A DNA stretch of 32,000 nucleotides, taken from positions 210,001-242,000 of the forward strand of contig NZ_AP014945.1 of assembly GCF_001548275.1 (NCBI RefSeq). The letters run 5' to 3'. The translations under genes and the position numbers were made by a program. Of the stretch, positions 26,355 through 32,000 are shown in pieces. This DNA comes from Caldimicrobium thiodismutans (lineage in GTDB: Bacteria > Desulfobacterota > Thermodesulfobacteria > Thermodesulfobacteriales > Thermodesulfobacteriaceae). Each line of letters starts with the position of its first letter. Position 1 is the first letter of the stretch. The notes below the pieces were generated by a model. That model was given only the letters and a program-made list of their open reading frames with translations. It did no database searches and was not told the DNA's origin.

Positions 26355-28003
26355 AGATTAAAATAGCCCGAAGGGCAGGTTTTTGCATGGGAGTGAGACG
26401 AGCGGTAAATCTCGTTTTAAAAGCCTTAAATTCAGGGCAAACTCCTCTTTATACTTACGGGCCCTTGATTCACAATCCCCAAACCCTTGAATTGCTTTCC
26501 AATCTGGGAGTAAGACCCCTCAAAAGTGTATCTGAAGCAGTCCCAGAAGGCTATTGTGTCATAAGGGCCCATGGTGTCCCACCCACTGAAAAGTCAGATT
26601 TAGAAAGAAAACATAAAGTTATTGATGGAACTTGCCCAAGGGTGCTAAAAGTTCAGGCCTTAGCCAGCCAGGCGGTTGCCTCTGGAAAAGATGTAGTTAT
26701 CATCGGAGATAAAGATCATGCTGAGGTAAGGGGGATTCTTGGTTATTGCGGAAACAGGGGATATGTGGTGAGTTCCTTTCAGGACATAGAGACCTTGCCT
26801 CCTTTAACAAATTATCTCATTCTCTCTCAGACCACACAGGATGAAGAGGTTTTTGAGGTCCTATCTCAGGAGATACTTTTGCGTTTTCCAGGTGGAGAGG
26901 TTATAAATACAATATGTAATGCCACAGAAGTTCGTCAGGAAGAGGTAAAAAGGCTTTGTAAGGAATGTTCAGCCATTGTTGTAATAGGGGGAAAATTTAG
27001 TGCTAATACTAATAGGTTGGCTCAGATTGCTGAAGCAGAAGGTAAAAAGGTCTTTCTTGTTGAAAGGGCTGAGGAGCTACCAGTTGATGAATTGAAGAAG
27101 TTTTCAGTGGTAGGGATTACAGCTGGAGCCTCAACCCCTAACTGGCTTATTAACGAAGTGGTTGATTATTTAAAAGGTGCAGGAAATCCCTTGTATTTAC
27201 TCTTTAGATCCTTTATTCTCCTTAATCTCCACGAGGTTTTAAGTTTCTTTTTATTATTGCTTGGTCTTCTTTTAATCCAACCAGCCTCTATCCCAAAGAT
27301 AGAATTTCTCCTCCTTTTTACCCTCTGTTTTCAATTCTTTAGGAAAAATCTCACAGATTTTCTTCAAAAAGAGACCTTTTCCTCCTATTATCCACTAAAA
27401 GAAAGTTTTATTACTCAAAATCAAGGTAAAATCTTTTTTCTTCTTGGAATTACTCTTATAGGTGCTCTTCTATCTGCCTTTTTGTATCATCCCCGCCTGA
27501 TCTCTTTGATTATAATTTTTACCCTTTTAAATCTTCTATTGCTCAAGTCCTCTTTTTTAGCCTTTCTGGACCTTCTTTTTTATATCAGTCTTCTCTCTTA
27601 TCTTTATCCTTACTGGAATGAACTTTTTCTATGGGTGAGTTTGCATGTTTTACCCTCACTCTTTTTTATTCAGCTTTATAAGGAACTTCTCTATCTCCAG
27701 AGTGATGGATTTCTCCCCAGGAATTTCATAATTTTATCTTTCCTGAGAAAGGGAGAGACCTTTTGGTATAAAGTTTTAAAATTACTTCTTCTTTTCCTTT
27801 TTTTGCCCTTTTTTATTATCCTTTACAAGTTTAAGCTTTATGCCTTTTTATTCTATTTCTTGCTTCTTCCCTTATATATGGCAATGATATATCTTTTGAA
27901 AAAGAGACCCTTAGGACAGATTATCTATCTTGAAAGTTTAGGTCTTTTACCACCCCTTGTTTTTGTCCTTCTATCCTTCTTAATCTCAAAATTAATCTGG
28001 TAA
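26351..28003 (+). CDS. ispH: IspH/LytB (HMBPP reductase) fused to a polytopic membrane domain of about 270 aa
   Basis: AGFCMGV.RAV, GTCP.V.KV and ITAGASTP up to about residue 277. After that come multiple long hydrophobic segments (about 27185-28000) with no motif I recognise. Confidence 0.85.
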   Translation: MKIKIARRAGFCMGVRRAVNLVLKALNSGQTPLYTYGPLIHNPQTLELLSNLGVRPLKSVSEAVPEGYCVIRAHGVPPTEKSDLERKHKVIDGTCPRVLKVQALASQAVASGKDVVIIGDKDHAEVRGILGYCGNRGYVVSSFQDIETLPPLTNYLILSQTTQDEEVFEVLSQEILLRFPGGEVINTICNATEVRQEEVKRLCKECSAIVVIGGKFSANTNRLAQIAEAEGKKVFLVERAEELPVDELKKFSVVGITAGASTPNWLINEVVDYLKGAGNPLYLLFRSFILLNLHEVLSFFLLLLGLLLIQPASIPKIEFLLLFTLCFQFFRKNLTDFLQKETFSSYYPLKESFITQNQGKIFFLLGITLIGALLSAFLYHPRLISLIIIFTLLNLLLLKSSFLAFLDLLFYISLLSYLYPYWNELFLWVSLHVLPSLFFIQLYKELLYLQSDGFLPRNFIILSFLRKGETFWYKVLKLLLLFLFLPFFIILYKFKLYAFLFYFLLLPLYMAMIYLLKKRPLGQIIYLESLGLLPPLVFVLLSFLISKLIW

Positions 28004-28471
28004 ATGCATAAAGAATTTACCTCTAAGGATTATTATTTTATGGAGCTTGCTCTTAAACAGGCAGAGCTTGCTTTTGAAGAGGATGAAGTGCCAGTTGGAG
28101 CGGTTCTTGTATCCCCGGAAGGTGAGGTTATTGCGGAAAAGAGAAATCAAATGCTCAGGCTTTGTGATCCCACAGCCCATGCAGAAATTCTTGCTTTAAG
28201 GGAGGGGGCTAAAAAATTAGGAAATTATAGACTCCTTGGATGCAAGCTCTATGTAACTCTTGAGCCCTGTGCCATGTGTGCCTATGCCATGGTCCTTGCA
28301 CGAATTGAGGAGCTCATTTATGCTACTTCTGATCCTAAAACCGGGGCTTGTGGAAGTCTTTATAATCTCTTACAGGATTCAAGGCTAAATCATCAGGTAA
28401 TGATCAGGAAAAATTTATGTGCAGATAAGTCTCAGGCTATCTTAAAGAAATTTTTTCAACAAAAAAGATAG
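28004..28471 (+). CDS. tadA: tRNA-specific adenosine deaminase
   Basis: HAEILALREG and TLEPCAMCAYAM (the CDA zinc motifs HAE...PCxxC). Confidence 0.95.
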   Translation: MHKEFTSKDYYFMELALKQAELAFEEDEVPVGAVLVSPEGEVIAEKRNQMLRLCDPTAHAEILALREGAKKLGNYRLLGCKLYVTLEPCAMCAYAMVLARIEELIYATSDPKTGACGSLYNLLQDSRLNHQVMIRKNLCADKSQAILKKFFQQKR

Positions 28472-28530
28472 ATTTCTTTAAGCATTAAACTTATCCATTT
28501 TCTTAGAAAATAGTTAGGAAAAGAAGGCTA

Positions 28531-28674
28531 ATGCATAAGTTCAGATCATTAAAAGAGAAAGGAAGGGTGGTAAAAGGGGAAAAAGGGGAGAGGGTGAGAA
28601 ATGGAAAGAGCTGGAAGAAAAGATTCTCATTAAGTCTCAAAAGATATGGATGCCTATACAGAGACCTTGATTTT
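28531..28674 (+). repeat. Composite dispersed element (head plus tail) upstream of rtcB
   Basis: The head ATGCATAAGTTCAGATCATTAAAAGAGAAAGGAAGGGTGGTAAAAGG is related to 23058- and 2383-2425 (reverse complement). The tail AAGTCTCAAAAGATATGGATGCC.ACAGAGACCTTGA is related to 2206-2246 (reverse complement). Confidence 0.6.
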
Positions 28675-28715
28675 ATGCTAAACATAAATAAAATAAATTT
28701 TGGGGTGATTCAATT

Positions 28716-30146
28716 ATGGAGCTTAAAAAACTTATTAAGATTAGTGATTACGAATGGGAAATTCCTCAGACCGGGGAGATGAAGGTTCCAGGTCGTATCT
28801 TTGGCAGTCAAAAGCTCATAGAGGAGATGGATGAAAAAGTGTATGAGCAGGTCTCTAATGTGGCTACTCTTCCTGGTATTGTTAAGGCCTCCTTAGCTAT
28901 GCCAGATGCTCATTGGGGATATGGATTTCCAATAGGAGGTGTGGCTGCTTTTGACCCTGAAGAGGGAGGAATTATCTCGGTGGGAGGTGTAGGTTATGAT
29001 ATCTCCTGTGGAGTCAGGACCTTGCTTTCCCCTCTCACTAAAAACGAAGTTGAGCCCTACCTTGAGAAACTTGTGAAGGCCCTCTTTGAAACTATCCCCA
29101 GCGGAGTTGGTTCTGAAGGGGAAATTAAACTCTCTCCAGCTCAATTAGATGAGGTTCTAATAGGAGGAGCCAGATGGGCAGTAAAAAAAGGATATGGCCT
29201 GCCTGAGGATTTAGAATTTATTGAGGAAAAGGGCTGTATGGATGGGGCAGACCCTGACTTTGTCTCCATGGAAGCCAAAAAACGGCAGCACCGTCAGGTT
29301 GGAACCTTAGGTTCCGGAAATCATTATCTTGAGATTCAATATGTAGCGGAGATCTATGACCAGAGCGTAGCCAGTGCCTTTGGCCTCTTTCAAAATCAAG
29401 TTGTAGTTACTATCCACTGTGGATCTCGTGCCCTTGGCCATCAAATAGCTACTGATTACTTACCCCTTTTAGCTAAGGCCTCCCGAAAATATGGCATTCC
29501 CATAAAGGAAAAGGAACTTGTTTGTGCCCCTATTAATTCTGAGGAAGGCCTCCAATACTTTAAGGCCATGTGCTGTGGAATTAATTGCGCTCTTGCCAAT
29601 AGACAAGTTATTGCTCACCTCGTAAGAGGTGTCTTTAAAGACTTTTTCCCTCAGGTGCATCTTAAACTTCTCTATGATGTAAGTCATAATACCTGCAAGG
29701 TGGAAATTCATGAGATAGGGGGTAAGAAAAAGAGGCTTTATGTCCATCGGAAAGGGGCAACCAGAGCTTGGGGGCCAGGAAGACCAGAACTTCCCGAAAG
29801 TTATCGCGAGGCGGGACAGCCAGTTATCATTGGGGGTTCCATGGGAACCGCTTCCTATATTCTTACTGGCACGAAAGAGGGTGAAGAAAAGGCCTTTGGC
29901 TCAGCCTGCCATGGCGCAGGTAGAACCATGAGTAGAAATCAGGCGATAAGATCCTTCCGTGCAGAAGAGATTGTTGAAAGACTTAAGAAAAGGGGTATTA
30001 TCATTATGGGTAAATCTAAGAAAGGATTAGCCGAAGAGGCCCCTGAGGCATATAAAGATGTATCCTTAGTAATAGAGGCAACCTGTAAGGCAGGGCTTAC
30101 CAAGAGAGTGGCTAAACTTTTACCTATGGGCTGTATTAAAGGTTAA
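28716..30146 (+). CDS. rtcB: RtcB RNA 3'-phosphate ligase
   Basis: PDAHWGYGFPIGG, GGVGYDI.CG, GSGNHY.E.Q and HRKGATRA. Confidence 0.95.
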   Translation: MELKKLIKISDYEWEIPQTGEMKVPGRIFGSQKLIEEMDEKVYEQVSNVATLPGIVKASLAMPDAHWGYGFPIGGVAAFDPEEGGIISVGGVGYDISCGVRTLLSPLTKNEVEPYLEKLVKALFETIPSGVGSEGEIKLSPAQLDEVLIGGARWAVKKGYGLPEDLEFIEEKGCMDGADPDFVSMEAKKRQHRQVGTLGSGNHYLEIQYVAEIYDQSVASAFGLFQNQVVVTIHCGSRALGHQIATDYLPLLAKASRKYGIPIKEKELVCAPINSEEGLQYFKAMCCGINCALANRQVIAHLVRGVFKDFFPQVHLKLLYDVSHNTCKVEIHEIGGKKKRLYVHRKGATRAWGPGRPELPESYREAGQPVIIGGSMGTASYILTGTKEGEEKAFGSACHGAGRTMSRNQAIRSFRAEEIVERLKKRGIIIMGKSKKGLAEEAPEAYKDVSLVIEATCKAGLTKRVAKLLPMGCIKG

Positions 30147-30169
30147 AAATACATCAAGGAGGTGGAGGT

Positions 30170-30535
30170 ATGAAAGGACTGGTTTTAAAGCTAAGTGGAG
30201 TAGTTGCTGCATCTGCCCTTTTATTTGCCTGTAGTTGTCAGACACCCCCTCAAATAGCGGAAAAAGCTCAGGCTGCACCTCAGGCCACTGAACCTGAATG
30301 CTGTAAGAAACTTGAAAATGAGCTTAATGCCTTAAAACTTCAGGTTGAGAGCTTAAAGTCTCAGCTTGAGAATGTAAAGGTGCAGGCCAGTGAGGCTCAA
30401 GCAGCTTCTCAAAAGGCTATAGAGGCAGCTAATAAAGCGCAGGAGGCAGCTAATAAAGCGCAGGAGGCAGCTCAAAAGGCTGAAACTGCTGCATCAAAGG
30501 CTGAAAGAATCTTTGAAAAGGGACTTAAGAAGTAA
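30170..30535 (+). CDS. Lpp-like alanine-zipper lipoprotein
   Basis: Signal peptide with an LLFAC lipobox, followed by a coiled-coil Ala/Gln/Lys-rich repeat (EAANKAQEAANKAQEAAQKAE). Confidence 0.7.
   Translation: MKGLVLKLSGVVAASALLFACSCQTPPQIAEKAQAAPQATEPECCKKLENELNALKLQVESLKSQLENVKVQASEAQAASQKAIEAANKAQEAANKAQEAAQKAETAASKAERIFEKGLKK
30422..30463 (+). repeat. Perfect 21-bp tandem duplication inside the lipoprotein gene
   Basis: GAGGCAGCTAATAAAGCGCAG occurs twice (30422-30442 and 30443-30463), followed by a partial third unit. Confidence 0.9.
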
Positions 30536-31125
30536 TGCCCAAACCCTTTAAAAAACTGGGAGATCTTTTTGGCATCTCCCCTTCTAAGAATCTTTTGAAG
30601 GATGAGCCTCCTCCTTTCAAGGTAAAGTCTTGGGAGGAGGTTCTCTCTATGGTTAAACCCTTTCGGGAAAAAAATTTCTACTATTCTATTTCTCCTAAGG
30701 AGCCCTTTAAAATTCGGGAGAAAGAATGGCCCCCTCACAAAATTGAGATAAAACTTCCCCTTACCTCTGAATACATGGAAGGAAAACGCAAAAGTGTTAA
30801 CCCTGAGACCTTGTGGAAACTAAAGGAGGGTTATTTTTCCATTCAGGCCACCCTTAATCTTAGAGGTCTTTTCCTGGAAGAAGCACGCCTTCTTTTTGAG
30901 GATTTTATGGAAAATGCCCTCAAAAAGGGATTAAGTTGTGTTCTCATCATTCACGGAAGAGGTCTTTCCTCGAGGGGAGAACCTGTTTTAAAGAAAAAGG
31001 TAAGAGAGTGGCTGGAGAGAGGGCCCTTTCGGAAATTTGTCCTGGCTTATGCCTCAGCCAGACCCTGTGATGGAGGTCTTGGGGCAACTTATGTGCTTTT
31101 GAGCTCCCGACCTCTCAAAAGATAA
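30535..31125 (+). CDS. Smr-domain protein
   Basis: LNLRG...EEA...L..F......G...V.IIHGRG......VLK..V..WL. Confidence 0.85.
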   Translation: MPKPFKKLGDLFGISPSKNLLKDEPPPFKVKSWEEVLSMVKPFREKNFYYSISPKEPFKIREKEWPPHKIEIKLPLTSEYMEGKRKSVNPETLWKLKEGYFSIQATLNLRGLFLEEARLLFEDFMENALKKGLSCVLIIHGRGLSSRGEPVLKKKVREWLERGPFRKFVLAYASARPCDGGLGATYVLLSSRPLKR

Positions 31126-32000
31126 ATGTTCCTCCACTCTCCAAGAAAATTACTTCTTCTCCATGGAAAACCTCGTTCAGGTAAAACTACACTTCTTGAA
31201 TACCTTTTTCAGTGGATCCTTAGCCTTAATCTTCCCTATTACTTTACCGGCTTTATAACCAGAGAGGTCAAAGAAGCAGGAGAAAGAATAGGGTTTAATT
31301 TGGTTTATCTTAGAGATCCTGATCTCACCCTTCCTTTAGCCCAACTTAGATCTTTAACCCCTTCTAAAAAATATCCTGTCCTGGGAAAATATTCGGTTTT
31401 TCCTCAAAATCTGGATAAAATTCTTGAGATCATTCAGAATGACCTTACTGAGGCTAACCGTCCACCCCTTCTTTTCATTGATGAGATTGGAAAGATGGAG
31501 GTTATGTCAGAAAAATTCATCCAATTTTTAGAACACCTGAGAGAGGAAGTGATTGTAGTTGCTACTTTGGGAACGGGAGAGCATCCCTTGCTTAAAGCCT
31601 GGAGAGAAATAAAATCAGCCCTTTATTGCGAGGTAACTCCTGAAAACAGAGATTTCTTACAGGAGCGTTTAAAGGTTGAATTTCAGAGGAAGGGAAAACT
31701 CTTTGTGCTTGAAGGGATTGATGGAGTAGGAAAAAGCACAATTTTTCAGATGCTAAAGGAAGATCTAAGCTTCTCAGATCTTATTTTTTCTTTTGAACCA
31801 ACCACAGGACCATATGGACAGAAGCTAAGAAGACTTCTTTCTGAAAAAAAAGCAGATCCCCGGGAATTATTAAATTTATTTATTTCAGATAGAAAAGAGC
31901 ATGTGGAAAAACTTATCCTTCCTGCTTTGAAAAAGGGAAAACCTATTCTTCTTGATCGCTACTACCTTTCAACAGTTGCTTATCAGGGAGTGGAATTTTC
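31126..32000 (+). CDS. Fusion of a THEP1-like P-loop NTPase with thymidylate kinase; 3' end lies outside the window
   Basis: Not in the ORF track because there is no stop before the window end. My translation from the ATG at 31126 gives LLLHGKPRSGKTTLL ... LLFIDEIGKME (NTPase), then FVLEGIDGVGKST ... DRYYLSTVAYQG (Tmk). Confidence 0.8.
   Translation, partial: MFLHSPRKLLLLHGKPRSGKTTLLEYLFQWILSLNLPYYFTGFITREVKEAGERIGFNLVYLRDPDLTLPLAQLRSLTPSKKYPVLGKYSVFPQNLDKILEIIQNDLTEANRPPLLFIDEIGKMEVMSEKFIQFLEHLREEVIVVATLGTGEHPLLKAWREIKSALYCEVTPENRDFLQERLKVEFQRKGKLFVLEGIDGVGKSTIFQMLKEDLSFSDLIFSFEPTTGPYGQKLRRLLSEKKADPRELLNLFISDRKEHVEKLILPALKKGKPILLDRYYLSTVAYQGVEF

Overview
AT-rich window with K/E/I-rich proteins. 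By inference it comes from a thermophilic Gram-negative bacterium (Thermodesulfobacteria- or Aquificae-like), since it carries LPS genes kdsA/kdsC/lptC and uses TGA as a normal stop. The flanks are housekeeping genes: HU, aroC, kdsA-kdsC-lptC, radC, ispH, tadA, rtcB, an Smr protein and tmk. Bases 4097-8387 (minus strand) hold a protein-thiocarboxylate sulfur-carrier cluster: MoeZ-like E1 with rhodanese, a NIL protein, a MoaD/ThiS-type carrier ending in GG, a ThrC-like PLP enzyme, a JAMM protease and CysM. Next to it are two DsrE-like genes interrupted by in-frame TGA codons. They look like selenoproteins that the ORF track missed. The centre of the window (about 9.4-23.3 kb) is an accessory, defence-island-like region. 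Its core is a tightly coupled five-gene operon at 11315-20387: a PLD-nuclease/SNF2-helicase fusion, an embedded MNT/HEPN toxin-antitoxin pair, a large gamma-class N6-adenine DNA methyltransferase with a TaqI-like specificity domain, and a TcmP-like/radical-SAM-like fusion protein. This gene combination matches no named defence system that I recognise, and it is my main candidate for a new modification-based system. Downstream of it are three further degenerate copies of the methyltransferase 3' end, one of them split in two by an insertion. The same stretch holds clusters of short hairpin repeats (one copy sits in frame inside the helicase gene), an IS110-family insertion with a bridge-RNA-like structured upstream region, and a GGCT-like cargo gene. 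Everything here comes from reading the sequence and recalling family motifs. No searches were run.
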